A stretch of 64,000 nt of DNA from Octopus vulgaris (GCA_951406725.2 OX597815.1:198090001-198154000), one strand, 5' to 3'; counted from the stretch's first letter, positions 28,466 to 42,363 are shown. Program-made: numbers and translations. The notes: a model not told the origin generated them from the letters alone.

Positions 28466-28972
28466 TAATGCAATACGAGAGTATTGCTTTCCAGTAAAGA
28501 ATAGCCCGTGAGGGAAAATTATACATAGAAGTAAATATATGGCACAACGAAGTACCGATATTTACTGGAAAATACCGAACGTAATAAATACGACGCTAAT
28601 GTATAGCTTCACTGCGTATATACTAGCATAAATGCGTGTGTGCAACAAACTTGAAAAAAATTGTCTTACCGCCAGGTTGTCGAGGTATATGTTGGCTGAT
28701 GAAGATAAATCAAGTATATGTGAGCAGACATATCTTGAAAAATCTGAAACCGGTACCACATTATCCCTTTCTAGGTATTTCATCTTTCAGATGTCTCCCT
28801 AAGGACACAGGAATAATGTGTCAAAGCCATCAGGAAGCGCCGATGCTTCCTAGGGCTAAACAGTGGTGGAGTAACCCCCTACTGTCACGTTCACGTTAGA
28901 TTGACAGTGTACAACCATTCTATCGACCCACCACCGTACATATCTCTATGAGAGATTTAGAAATTTTATATT

Positions 28973-28976
<4 letters not shown>
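28461..28976 (+). mobile_element. ~515-bp HHR-containing island between two (TA)n tracts (probable PLE terminal repeat or retrozyme-like element)
   Basis: Bounded by (TA)n 28372-28460 and 28977-29036; central HHR. Confidence 0.6.
28689..28761 (+). ncRNA. Hammerhead ribozyme (canonical C3-G8) with extended stem II
   Basis: AUGU(U)GG-CUGAUGA-AGAU..UCAAG.AUAUGU(GAGCAG)ACAUAU-CUUGA..AUCU-GAAA-CCGG-UA-CCACAU. Helix III ACCGGU, GUA triplet. Confidence 0.85.
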
Positions 28977-29041
<65 letters not shown>

Positions 29042-29049
29042 TATATATA

Positions 29050-29347
29050 TCACGTTATCACGTGACCGACCAGGCTATCATACGTTGTTACACCTCGCTG
29101 GTCACAATCCGCTTCGCATTGTTTTAGCCTTCAAATGACGCCACCCCGCTGGCTAAGCGAGCAGGCCAACAGAAGAAAGAGTGAGAGAAATTTGCAGCGA
29201 AAAAGTACAGCAGGGTTCGCCAACCCTGCCTGCCGGAGCTTTAGGTGTCCTCACTCAATAAACACTCACAACGCCCGCTCTGTGAATCGAAACCAGGATC
29301 CTACGACCGCGAGTCCGCTGCCCTAACCACAAGGCCATTGCACCTCC
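29050..29347 (-). mobile_element. tRNA(Arg)-like SINE family B
   Basis: Reverse complement matches 31192-31477 (TGGCC..GTGGTTAGGGCAGCGGACTCGCGGTC head, CACGTGA tail). Confidence 0.88.
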
Positions 29348-31191
29348 ACACACATACCCCCACCACCACATATATTTTCGTGCGTGAGTTTATTGTGCGC
29401 ATGTGTGTGCATGTGTGTATGTATATCTATGTATCTATCTATGTGTGTGTGAGTATGTATATATGTGTGACCGCGCGTGCAGCGCATACAATGTAAACCA
29501 GCATGAAGTATCTTTCTAACTGTTTGCCTTATTCAGTGTAGCCTCTACACCTTGAATCCACGCGTAAGCGTAAGAGAAACTACTCAGTGCTGGCTGGAAA
29601 AATTCCAGGCTTTCATACCTGACCAAACTTCGAATAGATTCATCATTGAAGGATTAAAAATAGTCCTACAAAATTCATAACCTCACAACTAGAAAATAAC
29701 TGCAAGTAAACATCTTGAAAAAAGTAAAATAAAATATTCATCTTTTTTTTTTTATTCTTCTGTTCAAAAAAAAAAATCTTCACTAGCCAAATGAAAAAAA
29801 TTCAAAATTTATTAACTTAATCGGCGAATTAACATGTCGAATAACAATTTTTCCCTTTATATATTTGCACCGCAAAAAAATTCAGCGCAATTACGATTAA
29901 ATAAATGAGATATGTTAATTATGAAATATAAACCACAACTTAATAACCTATAACAACACAACCGAATCAGAAAACTCAAATTATTAACTAAAACTTACTA
30001 GAAACAACATGCATAATTGCAAAGTTGATATAACGAGCTTCCTCCATGATTCAAAAGCCTAACATTAAAATAATCTACCATTTGACCAGAGATGTGAATA
30101 AAGTTATAAAGAAATATTAACATAGTACTGTTTATACACCTATATCAATCTGCGCTACATTACCTGTTGAACAGTGGAAGTAAACACAACTTTTTTTTCT
30201 GATAAAGTATGGGAAACTCTTTTCACGTCAGTCATGATTGCATTGGCTCATTCCGCATAGCAATTCCAGTGCTTAACATCGCTAGCATCAACAGCTGCAC
30301 TTTACGTGCATGAGTGTAAATATGCTTACGATGAAACTGAAAATGCACTTCAGGTAATTTGCAACGGCTGTTAAAATACTCATTGCAGCAGCAAGTACAG
30401 TCTGTAAAACCTCAAAGATCTTGAAACCCAGTAACTGGCTGTCATACAATGTAAGAGATTTCTTCATCGTTATGAAACATTTCTTTGATGCTATGTGTTC
30501 AATGATTTAAATGCAACAGAAAGGTTACAGGGAAACAGATGCTCGGTAGCCATCAATGGAATGAATATTGAGAAAGATACACTACGCAGCAATGAAAATC
30601 TAATGAACAATATATCAGAGGAATTACACAGAATATATTAACAATTTAACCGAACTAGAAGAGAGTAAAGAATAAAAATTAAATACTTGGTAAGGCATAC
30701 AGAGATTGCTGGAGGACGCTGATATTTCCTGGACTAAGAACATGCTTACGCCTTGATCAGAAAGTTTGGGAAAGGTGGAAAATCGATGGTAAAGAAATAA
30801 TCTTTAATGCCACCTAAATGAGAAAAAGGCGAATAGACAAAATACAATGAACGTATAAGTCATTCTTAAAGCAAGTTATTTATAATGTGGCCTTAGTGTG
30901 TTCGAACAATGATATGAGGTAATACGTTAACATACCTGAAAGTAAGTGAACTGAAGACATCAGTGAACGTAGAAAACCAAGAAAGTAGAGTGTGTAGAAC
31001 AGTTTGCTAGCAAAACATAAAATGCCGGACTTGCGAACAGGTTGAATATTCCGTGTTGGCGAACAGAATATCGTAATATAGACATGTGTATATAAATATC
31101 AGACATATATATACATAGACACATGCACATATGTCACACACACACACATGTATGTGTATATATATATATATATATATGCGTGTATATATGT

Positions 31192-31477
31192 GGAGGCGCA
31201 ATGGCCCAGTGGTTAGGGCAGCGGACTCGCGGTCGTAGGATCGCGCTTTCGATTACCAAATCGAGCGAAAACACCTAAAGGCTTCACGAGGCTCCGGCGG
31301 GGTGTGGTGATCCCTGCTGAACTCTTTCACCACTATTTCTTTCACTCTTTCTTCTGTTGGCCTGCTCGTTTAGCCAGCGGCGTGGCGTCATTCGAAGGCT
31401 AAAACAATACGAACGCATTGTGACCAGCGATGTGTAACTACATCTGAAGGACTGGTCGGGTGACGTGATCACGTGAT
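31192..31477 (+). mobile_element. tRNA(Arg)-like SINE family B (resembles octopus OR-type SINEs, from memory)
   Basis: A box TGGCCCAGTGG, B-box-like TTCGATT; copies at 29050 and 59660. Confidence 0.88.
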
Positions 31478-31500
31478 ATGTATATATACATATATATATA

Positions 31501-31660
31501 TTAGAAGAAATGAGGTAATCAGATGATCCGATGGTTCATATTTACAGATATTTATTTATATATTACATATTTTACATATATATATCATATCATTCAGATC
31601 ATATCATTCAGATCATAGCGCTTTCTCCCATTCTAGTAGGGTTTTCAAATCAAAATAATA
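31501..31660 (-). mobile_element. HHR-headed ~150-bp element in (TA)n (same family as 9652-9802)
   Basis: Sequence similarity between the two copies; TA flanks. Confidence 0.8.
31611..31651 (-). ncRNA. Minimal hammerhead motif, U3-A8 variant
   Basis: GAU-UUGAAAA-CCC(UACUAGAAU)GGG-A-GAAA-GCGC-UA-UGAUC; stem I imperfect in this copy. Confidence 0.6.
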
Positions 31661-31889
31661 TATATATATATATATATATATATTCATACACATATATATG
31701 TATATACGTACATACATACATACACACGTATATATATATATATATATATATATATAGGACAAGTATCCGCGATCCTGAGAGGCGGAAAGACAACATCGCA
31801 CTCGAAAACACACTCCTACACATATAGATCCGAGTTTTGTGTAAGCTTGCGTTTTAATGTGCATCCTCGTTTGTACATTTTGAAAATGC

Positions 31890-31935
<46 letters not shown>

Positions 31936-32232
31936 AAGAGAGAGGGAGAGAGAGAGAAAGGAGAGTAATGCAGAATAAAGAGAATCTTCAAAGAAAGCGC
32001 CTTTACAAAACAACAATATCATCATTAATTCTAAAAGTATAATTTTGAAATGTGCCGGATCGAAATTTGAAAAGACATCAAACAAAACAAAGTAAAAAAA
32101 AAAGAAAAAAATTCTGCTAACACAAGGGAATATTAAATATCTGCAATTGCACTGAAAATACGATAGTTATAATAAAATCAACATGTGAAAGTTATATTTA
32201 CAACGTAGAAATTAATAGCTAACTCAAAGTGG

Positions 32233-32289
<57 letters not shown>

Positions 32290-32297
32290 CTATATCT

Positions 32298-32352
<55 letters not shown>

Positions 32353-32394
32353 ATTTACATGTATATATCTATATGCATATCTTCTCTCTATATA

Positions 32395-32493
<99 letters not shown>

Positions 32494-32522
32494 GTGTGTA
32501 TATATATACATGTATATATATA

Positions 32523-32575
<53 letters not shown>

Positions 32576-34112
32576 TATATATATATACACACAGACATTG
32601 TTCCTGGTTAATTTTGTTTGTGCTCATTTTTATTATTACTATTCTAAATGTGCAATTTTTTTTTTCTACTGAATCCCAGTAAATTACGCATTTCGCGTCA
32701 ATTAATTAGAACCTAGCTTCAGTTTGATGAATTGGGCATTATCGAAACTTATTAAAAGGAAAACGATGTCGCATTCGCTTTCATTTTTCGCCCACACTAC
32801 GTCATTGTCTCGCTTTCTCCATCTCCGTTCTCACACAAACTCGCGTACACACAGGCGAAGATACATAGATATATACATACATATATACATACATACATAC
32901 ACGCATACATACATACATTTACATGTGTGTGTGTACGTATATATTTAATTATTCATATCAAACACTTTCTAATCAATCGCGCTATATAATAAGTACGACT
33001 TGATCAAAATAACATCGGCATATTAGCTTTTTAATGTAATGATAACCTATCCTGTTGTAGAATGCTGGATAGAAGCAGACGAAAGAATTGATAAAAGTAG
33101 GTAAATATCCCCGATGTATTATTTTACGGATATGTTCCACATAACAGCAGATCGATAACATATAATCGAAATAATCGGTTGGCACTCAATTAAGGAAAAT
33201 CAATATCAGAAAATCATAATAGAATATTATTTTCCTATTACTTTTTATCAAATATTTTTATCATTATATCTCAAATGTGAAATAGTTGTAGAAAACTTTT
33301 TCACTGTTTGACTTTTATATATTTATATAGTCTTGTTGTTCTTGTTGTTCATATGCAAAAACCCAATACAAGCGCTTGTACATACACACGTATATAGACA
33401 CACTCATGCATGTATATATACGTTTCAGAGTCGTGATAAATAATCACAGCACCATCACCATAATTGAATTTTTGTATAACTGATATACAATAAGCATTAT
33501 ATATTACTTCCTGAGATCGTATTATTTAAATAAGCGACTGCAGCCAGTGTTAATTTTAGTGAGCATAATTTCAAACGACAAAGAGAGTTTATAGTGTGAT
33601 TGCACTATGAGGAAAAGCAATACGTTTTCACATCGAGATCTTCCCATTAGTTTTCATTTATATTTTCACTTTTATTGTAGAATAATAGTCATATATATTT
33701 AGAATAATAATTTTCTATATATAGATATGTGTGTGTGCTTCTGTGTGCTTCTGTGTGCTTGTGTGTTATTGAAAATATTTATAGCTTTGTGTTTGTGTAT
33801 ATTAGAGGTCATATTTCTTCATTTGACTGATAATTTAATGTTCTGTGTGTATGTAATCATTAAAGGGATTGGACCACTACATAAATGCATGATCTGTATC
33901 CAGTTACAAATAGTCATTATTGCTAAATTGCCATGGAAATGGCCTCGTATTATAATGTTGTTTAAAAAAAATGTAGCATTTCAAATATCATATGGAATTT
34001 ATGATTGTGACTGGGCTTTTAATCATGTTTTCAGTAACATGCTTTAAATATACGAGGGGCATAGCTATAAATATATACATATTACAATGGTCAACATGTA
34101 TGAAATATATTT

Positions 34113-34520
34113 AGGCGCAGGAGTGGCTGTGTGGTAAGTAGCTTGTTTACCAACTACATGGTGCCGGGTTCAGTCCCACTGCGTGGCATCTTGGGCAAGT
34201 TTCTTCTGCTATAGCCCCGGGCCGACCAATGCCTTGTGAGTGGATTTGGTAGACGGAAACTGAAAGAAGCCTGTCGTATATATGTATATATTTATATATG
34301 TGTGTGTGTATGTCTGTGTTTGTCCCCCTAGCATTGCTTGACAACCGATGCTGGTGTGTTTACGTCCCCGTCAATTAGCGGTTCGGCAAAAAAGACCGAT
34401 AGAATAAGTACTGGGCTTACAAAGAATAAGTCCCGGGGTCGATTTGCTCGACTAAAGGCGGTGCTCCAGCATGGCCGCAGTCAAATGACTGAAACAAGTA
34501 AAATAATCAAAATAAAAGAA
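34113..34520 (+). mobile_element. Full-length SINE family A
   Basis: A/B boxes, internal (TA)/(TG) tract, 3' tail GGCGGTGCTCCAGCATGGCCGCAGTCAAATGACTGAAAC plus A-rich repeats. Confidence 0.92.
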
Positions 34521-34652
34521 TGTGTTACTGTTAAATCGCGTGCTTAATACGCAATCATTCATAATGCGTGTCGATGATTCTTGGATAATAAAAGTTGTAA
34601 AGTTTTGAGAATAATCTCATGCAACTGATTGGCAGTCGATATATTACAATAT

Positions 34653-34959
34653 CGGAGGCACATGACCTAGTGGTTAGAGCAACGGACTCGCGGTCGAGGG
34701 ACGCAGGTTCGAATCTCAGACCGGGCAATGTGTGTGTTTATGAGCGAAACACCTAAGCTCCACGCAGCACCGGCAGAAGGTAATGGCAAAACTTCTGCTG
34801 ACTCTTTCGCCACAACTTTCTCTCACTCTTCTCCTGCACCTTGCAGCTCACCTGCGACGGACCGGCGTCCAATCCAAGCGGGGAACCTATACGCCAAGAA
34901 TCCGGGAAACCGGCCCTTATGAGCCATGCATGGCTCGAGAAGGAACAAACAAAGCAACA
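34653..34959 (+). mobile_element. SINE with family-B head and a different body/tail, with 12-bp TSD
   Basis: TGACCTAGTGGTTAGAG A box, GGTTCGAATC B box; TSD ATATTACAATAT at 34641-34652 and 34960-34971. Confidence 0.9.
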
Positions 34960-35188
34960 ATATTACAATATTAACAAAAATATTTTAAAATTTCCTCTTC
35001 CAAACTCCACTGATACGAGACATAACTGAATAACATTCCTATATAAATTACGGAGATGTACTTGCATAGCAAGTGATTTACTCTGAGATCGTGTGCTGAA
35101 ACGAAAACAATTGCAGCGTGGAAGGTGTTTGTAAGCCATTTAAGAAACACTCAAAAGCCGTTCGATTCACTTCAGTATTTAAATTTAA

Positions 35189-35239
35189 TTGGTCAAAATA
35201 TTTTCGTCGCTATAAGACCGCGACCTGTTCACTGACAAA
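35189..35239 (-). ncRNA. Hammerhead motif, G3-C8 swapped core
   Basis: UUUGUCA-GUGAACA-G-GUCGC(9 nt)GCGAC-GAAA-AUAU-UU-UGACCAA. Helix III AAUAUU is palindromic. Confidence 0.75.
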
Positions 35240-35266
35240 AATCCGTGCTGAGATGCAGCACGGATT

Positions 35267-35316
35267 TTTGTCAGTGAACGGGTCGCGGATTTTAGTGACG
35301 AAAATATTTTGACAAA
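35267..35316 (+). ncRNA. Hammerhead motif, G3-C8 core (A9 changed to G)
   Basis: UUUGUCA-GUGAACG-G-GUCGC(8 nt)GUGAC-GAAA-AUAU-UU-UGACAAA; perfect 7-bp stem I. Confidence 0.65.
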
Positions 35317-36387
35317 TTAAACTTAAATACTGAAGTGAATCGAACGGCTTTTGAGTGTTTCTTAAATGGCTTACAAACACCTTCCACGCTGCAATTGATT
35401 CCTATATAAAACCAATAAGAAAACAGAAGACGAAAATCATGAAACATGGATCTACGTGCAGATAGTTTAGTAACATAGAAGAACAGGTCGCACAAGAATA
35501 ACAAAAATAAATCAACACATACACTCTGATCCCCTTAAAGGTCAATATGCACAAGCAATGCTATAGGTTTCCAACAGCAAAATTGTTATAGCATGGCTCA
35601 GAAAATAATACATTTATAAATATAGCTGCAAAATATACATGTCATTACAGAAGCCCGCTTTTGGTGATGGATCTAGGATTGCCATCACTGACATCGATAG
35701 CACATACCCAGATATGGCACTCATATTCCTAATAAATAATGGACGTCTATTACAACAGATGTAAAATTCCCAATCTGCACAACAGACCGCATGCTAAAAG
35801 GCAATATGCTTGGCGCTTATAGAAAGGCATCAGACTTATAATATAGCAGATGCGAAAATACACATACGAAGATATAGTTTATTTCGTATTGCTAGAAGAG
35901 AAAAAAAATCTATGGAGGAGTTACTATGTAGATCAGCGTAGATATCACCCTTCCTATTGTTGTCACATTCAAAGTCAGTTTAGAACACTTTTATAATACA
36001 TACAAAATCAAATTGGTGTAGTTGCCTGCACAACATACTGTCTATGAAATGCTTTGAAGCATGATGGTACATAAGAAATACATAGAAGTGGTAGTGATTA
36101 TATCTAGGATCCACACATCAATATACTCCACCAGGATGATTTCATCTCAAATGTCAAATAGCGTCAAGGCCATATCTGGGACGTTACTGCACGAACAAAG
36201 GCACACAACAACTTTATTCGTGCCTGTGTTTACTAGCTGTTACGGAAGATGCTGAAAGTCTTAGGGTAAAGATGGACGTGTACCTCCGTAGCCGACGACA
36301 GATTTGATTAAGGAAAGGCTCAGAAGGATACTCTCTGCATGTTGCATTCTGACTGCAGTCCCTGCAAAAAACAAATGTACCTAACAT

Positions 36388-36949
36388 TTGGGTTGTCCGG
36401 AAAGTTCGTGCCGATTTATAGTAGCTTACATTTCAACTTATTTTAGAACATGGTTGAGTACATAAAATAGTATTTGACTACATCTTCTTTTAGAGCACAG
36501 TTTAGGCTATCTTTTCGTGGAAGAAGGTTTATGTTCCTATAACCTGTGTTAATTTTGTAACCCTTTAAAATGGAAGATAAGAAAGTTCATTTTAGGCACT
36601 TAATGCTTTGGGAACCAGACAAAAATTGCTGCAACTCGGCTGGGATGTGTTACCCCCACCTTCCATATTCACCAGATATTGCTCCTCCGGATTTCCACTT
36701 ATTTAGATCTCTGCAGAATAGACTTAATGGTAAAAATTTAAATTCCTTGGATGACGTAAAAAGATACCTTCTTCTTTGCCATGAAACCACGTCAATTCTG
36801 GGCAGAGGGTATTTTCAAGTTAAAGAAAAGATGGAGACGCATTGTGCAACAAAATGGTTCATATTTGGTTGATTAAAAGTGTAATGGCAAGTATTTATTG
36901 ACCTTTTTCTTTCCTTTAATTATCGACACGAACTTTCCGGACAACCCAA
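36388..36949 (+). mobile_element. Internally deleted mariner DNA transposon
   Basis: TIRs TTGGGTTGTCCGGAAAGTTCGTGCCGAT / ATCGACACGAACTTTCCGGACAACCCAA, followed by TA on the right. Confidence 0.93.
36570..36876 (+). pseudogene. Mariner transposase remnant: N-terminus fused to C-terminus, frameshifted
   Basis: MEDKKVHFRHLMLWE joined to LLQLGWDVL/PHLPYSPDIAPPDFHLFRSLQN (YSPDxAPxD motif) and FWAEGIFKLKKRWRRIVQQNGSYLVD*. Confidence 0.9.
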
Positions 36950-37529
36950 TATATTGGCCCAAGTCGTTGGTGTTTCTATCAATAATCACTAGTGTCTGAA
37001 AGCCACACGACTTGCCTGCATGGACAGCTACAATTATTCTTAAAAGCATCTTCCCTGTGCCGGCACATAGAAGAGCAACTGATGTTAAAAATTAACCGAA
37101 GGTGGAGCAGCATTCAGATTTCATATTTATAGTAATTTATATAATTCCATTTCCTCTAACAAGTCGTTTGCTTATTATGAAAGCTATCAGTTGTAATATG
37201 GTAAATGCCAGCACAAAATTCTTGAATAGATACTATGTTCAGAAAATCCGATATCAATCCGCGGGAAAGATATGTCAGGTACATAAAAATACGGAATTCT
37301 ATCCAGAAAGGTAAGATGCATTTATTGGATTAGCATAAGAAATATAATATAAAATGTGAGAGAGAAAAATGAAAATCTTATAAATTTTGGCATTGGAAAT
37401 TCATTCTGTAGGTTGATTTAGATTTCAAAATGTTAACACGTATTTGATTATCTTTCTGAAACTTATGGAAACAAGCTAAAACGCATAACACATGAACACA
37501 CATAAATATGTATATATGCACGTATATAT

Positions 37530-37618
<89 letters not shown>

Positions 37619-37651
37619 GTATATGTATGTATATATATATGTATATGTATG

Positions 37652-37737
<86 letters not shown>

Positions 37738-37860
37738 GTATATATGTATATGTATATATGTATATATATATGTATATATATATGTATATGTATGTATATA
37801 TATATGTATATGTATGTATATATATATATGTATATGCATGTATATATATATATATATATG

Positions 37861-37951
<91 letters not shown>

Positions 37952-37955
37952 GTAT
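37530..37955. repeat. Long (TA)n/(TATG)n array
   Basis: Directly visible. Confidence 0.96.
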
Positions 37956-38994
37956 ATCTATGTATAATATTTATATATGTATGCTACAAAAAGGATGAAT
38001 GCATCTGTTTCTAAGACGTTCATTCACACGACAATTTGGGAACGGTGAGATATTGTATTGGAAAATAACTTCATCCCAGAAATTATGATTATAAAAATAT
38101 CACTCGCAAAATTATAAGCGGACTCTCAGGCAACGATGTTTTTCAGCTTAATTTCCCCCCACATTGTGACAGATATAGCTCTGGGTCTTCTGCTCTGAGA
38201 CAGAAACTAAGCATTTGCTGATGCGTGTTAACAATAGATAATCTAGGTTTGCAAGCGAATTTGTACAAGAAGCGGCAATGCAAAACTAATGGTATGCAAC
38301 GTTATTTATAACACGTCATTGCATACTCTAAATTGAAAATTGCACGTTCGAATGTACAAGAACTTATAGAAATAAGCACATCATTATTTTCGGATTCATT
38401 CTTAAGAATACAGTTAGTGGTGTGTGTATATATATATATGATTCATAAAGAATCAAGACATATGAACTTGCAGTACGCCGCTTACTGGTCGGACTGAATT
38501 ACGCTGGACAGATATTAAAATAATCCACTACCAGTTTACAACATCGTTGAGGTTATCCTCTCATTTTATCAGGAATTCATTTTTCTTTTTATCAGGAATT
38601 CGAAGAAGAGTGGAAAGCTTGACGTGCCGTGAAGCAATAACAGTGAGAAATTTAAACGAATGGTATTTAATTTTGTAACATATGTTTTTCTGAAAATCTT
38701 TGTTACACGTTATCAAAATACATTATAATAGATAACATCATACATTATACAATTCCGTATGCACATCAAGCATTAATTAAAATATAGCAAATGTGTGATT
38801 TTGTGATCAAAAGAACGTTTTGCGAGTCTTTGTTTTTTTTCTTTTTTTTTTCTCTTTTAAATAATTTGTGACACGCATTGAAATACCATAATCTATGTTG
38901 TTACCCATAATATTGTGTTACGCTCATATAAAATATATATATTCCCCGCGAAACACTTGTCCCAAAACTTAAAACTTTCAGGTGATTCTTTCTG

Positions 38995-39030
<36 letters not shown>

Positions 39031-39033
<3 letters not shown>

Positions 39034-39196
39034 TACAAGAGTGGCTGTAGAGTGAGAAGATTGCTTCCCAACCACACGGTTTCGGGTTCAGTCCCACTCC
39101 GTGCCACCTTGGTCAAATGTTTCTTATGGTATGGCCTCGGGCCGACCAAAGCCATGTGAATGGATTTGGTGGACGAAAACTGAAAGAAGCCCCTTG

Positions 39197-39254
<58 letters not shown>

Positions 39255-39255
39255 A
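39031..39255 (+). mobile_element. SINE family A, 5' half only
   Basis: Matches 34113-34310 and ends in the internal microsatellite. Confidence 0.85.
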
Positions 39256-40348
39256 ATCGTTTTATATTACTTGAATTTATGTATTAGAACACTGAATGCT
39301 GGATAGGTTTGCCTTCAAAGTTCCTGTCAAATACACACACAATTCTACATGGTCAAACATATATCGTAGCATAGGAGAACCGTGTGCTACGAGCACGAGT
39401 ACAATTACTGAGTTTCACTTGATGTTGATGCATTGCGCTTCCTCAGTCGCATACCTCCCCTTACATCTTACCAGCTATAACTCACTCACAAAGATATACC
39501 GAATAAGTGATTTTTTAGTGACTAACGTCTCACGCAGTCTGTTGGCTTGTTAAAAAATGCCGGATCTTTGTGACACCAGAGGCATGAAAATCAGTTATTC
39601 TATATCTCATTTGCAGTCCAAATAAGCAGGGGTTTGGTAAATGGAGGCCAGCAACCGAGAATGCGCAGTACGCTGAAATCACGCCATCTCTCGCAATTCC
39701 GATTCTCATGCAAGACAATTCTCTTTCTCTTACAAAATATGTCTGTATACTTAGCTCCATAGTCTATATGAAATGACACTTGGAAGCGAATAGTCTTTGG
39801 CATTATGATAATAAATCCACGTTAAGTAGAGTGAAGAGGTTGTCTTGCCGCCATTATTAATATTTATGAATATACATACATGCATTCGTATACACATGTA
39901 TCCAAACACGCGCGATCCTGCGAGTACACACTTACCCATTAACATATACGTGAACACACATACATTTATTCTTGCATGTAGATATATATACACATATACA
40001 TATGTATATATATGGGGGGGTGGTCGTGCCTACGTATATACAAATCATGCGTGCAAGACAGATCTGAAAGAAGTGTAATTGATATTTTAAATGGTGTTAC
40101 AAAGAAAATAGTTGTATCTACCAATTTCTTTCGTTCAAATTTTGACATATTTCCACTACAGGTACTTAAGCAATCGCCATGTAGAGAAGGAAACATGAAA
40201 CTCTAGAAATTAGGACAATGAAAAATTGACATGCAAAGAATAATGGAGTAAGCCGAAAATCCTGCAATATATAAACTTAAATAGTTTAAAGTGACTCAAC
40301 TTAAATCGACTGTTACTATCATAGGTCTCTCAATATATATTCCTAAGT

Positions 40349-41010
40349 AAGGCGGTGAGCTGGCAGAAATAATAGCATGCCGGGCGAAATGTTTAACGGT
40401 ATTTCGTCTGTTTTACGTTATGTGTTCGAATTCAGCCGAGGTCGGCTATGCCTTTCATCCTTTCGCGGTCGGTTAAATAAGTACCAGTTACGCACTGGGT
40501 TCGCTATAATCGACTTAATCCGTTTGTCTGTTCTTGTTTGACCTCTCTGTGTTTAGCCCTTTGTGGGTAGTAAAGAAACAAGCATTTCGTCTGCCGAAGG
40601 CCGCGAGCTGGCAGAAACGTTAAAACGCCGGGCGAAATGCGTAGCTGTATTTCGTCTGTCGTTACGTCATGAGTTCAAATGCCGCCGAGGTCGACTTTGC
40701 CTTTCATCCTTTCAGGGTCGATAAATTAAGTACCAGTTACGCACTGAGGTCGAACTAAATAACTTAATCCGTTTTTCTGTCCCTTGTTTGTCGTCTCTGT
40801 GTTTAGCCCCTTGTGGGTATATAAAGAAACAGGTATTTCTTCTGTCGTTACGTTCTGAGTTCAAATTCCGCCGAGGTCGACCTTGCTTTTCATCTTTTCG
40901 GAGTCGATTAAATAAGTACCAGATACGCACTGGAGTCGATGTAATCGACTTAATCCATTTGTCTGTCCTTGTTTGTCCCCTGTCTGCTTAGCCCTTTGTA
41001 GGCAGTAAAA
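40349..41010 (+). mobile_element. Tandem trimer of SINE family C
   Basis: Three units sharing GCCTTTCATCCTTTC..GGTCGATAAATTAAGTACCAGTTACGCACTG..GCCCCTTGTGGG; heads AAGGCGGTGAGCTGGCAGAA at 40349 and a variant at 40597. Confidence 0.88.
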
Positions 41011-42299
41011 ATATATATATAGCTACTTAAGAAATTGAAGATCATGATTATAACGTCTTATGAATCAGTGATATAATACGAGGCCAAATGCAAAACGAGC
41101 ATTGACTTTAGCTGAAAGAAGTGCTGCGTCACTGATTGTTCAATAGAAAACTTGCAAAACTCACAATGAATGGAACTTTAAGCATTTCTCAAAGGCATTG
41201 CAACTGCATTTAAATCAATAAAAATTTCGAAAGAAACGATGCTAATTAATCTAGCTATAAAGAAGTAAATCTCATCCTTAAGATTCATATACATATGAAA
41301 CTTTGTGGTGTGAACTATCATCGTTAATCCCTTAAATTATTGAAGGGGGGAGTTGATTTCTAATATTAACACGCTTGTGTTTTGGTTAGGGATTAACCGA
41401 TGTCTCGCACACAGCTTCAATTAAAATACCTATATATTCATACATACAAACATACATAAATGCGAGCGTTTCTCTCTCTAGGCATATATGCATGTACATG
41501 ATTTTTGACAATGCTTAATATTATGATTGACAATATTGTATATGCTTCATGAAGATAAAAATGGAATAACAAAGAGTTGTGCATTTTCATCAGGAAACTT
41601 CGCTTTATATCTTTGATGGAACATGCAAGTGAGTTCAATGCTCCAGCGTCATCGGAGGATGAAATTTATGAGTAAAAGAGAATAATCGATTAATTTATAT
41701 TTATTTTTAGAAATCTGGGAAGGAAAAGGAAGTTGATTGCATTTTGTTTTTAGTATTATGCATACTGTTATTTTAAGATTGGATATTGAATAATGATTCT
41801 TTAATATATATTGTCTTTTTTTTTTCTCTTGGTGAGGTGGGGTAGCGTGGGGGAGAATATCAAGATTATACGGATGCTTTGGTAATGTCAACATAACCAG
41901 AATTTTATCTCAGGAATTATCATTGTACGAAAACTGGAAAAAAAATATTTCTGTACAGAAAAAATAAAAAAAACATAGCCGTAAGATGTTACCTAGGATA
42001 ATGAAGCGCAAAGAATAGAATAATACGATATATAGTAAATAAAGGTTGGATGTGTTTATTACCTGGCATCTGTTAAAAATGCCTTCTATTCTAATTTAGG
42101 ATACTGAGACGGTAAAACAGGTATTCCAATAATAAAGAACAGGAGGGGGTTCTTTCTCACTCTTCTATCATAAAAGCTACCTATTTTCATTACATTAATT
42201 AAGAAATAAGGAATTTCAAAAGCATGCCTACAGGAAATCTAAATAATTTTCTGGATCTTTTATTACTCCGTGTGCTTTTATGCTGCACCGGAAATCTGC

Positions 42300-42363
<64 letters not shown>

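Larger units (their letters stand above)
35048..35397. mobile_element. Palindromic double-hammerhead element (arms 35108-35250 / 35256-35397) with 13-bp TSD
   Basis: ~142-bp inverted arms, 5-nt loop AGATG, 60-bp one-sided extension; ATTCCTATATAAA at 35035-35047 and 35398-35410. Confidence 0.88.

Noticed and set aside
29980-30800. Possible decayed LINE endonuclease region (similar impression at 35500-36380 and 54330-55020)
   Set aside because: Only vague motif echoes across many stops and frameshifts.
40349-41010. CRISPR-like repeat array
   Set aside because: Whole units are homologous with no unique spacers; eukaryotic SINE context.
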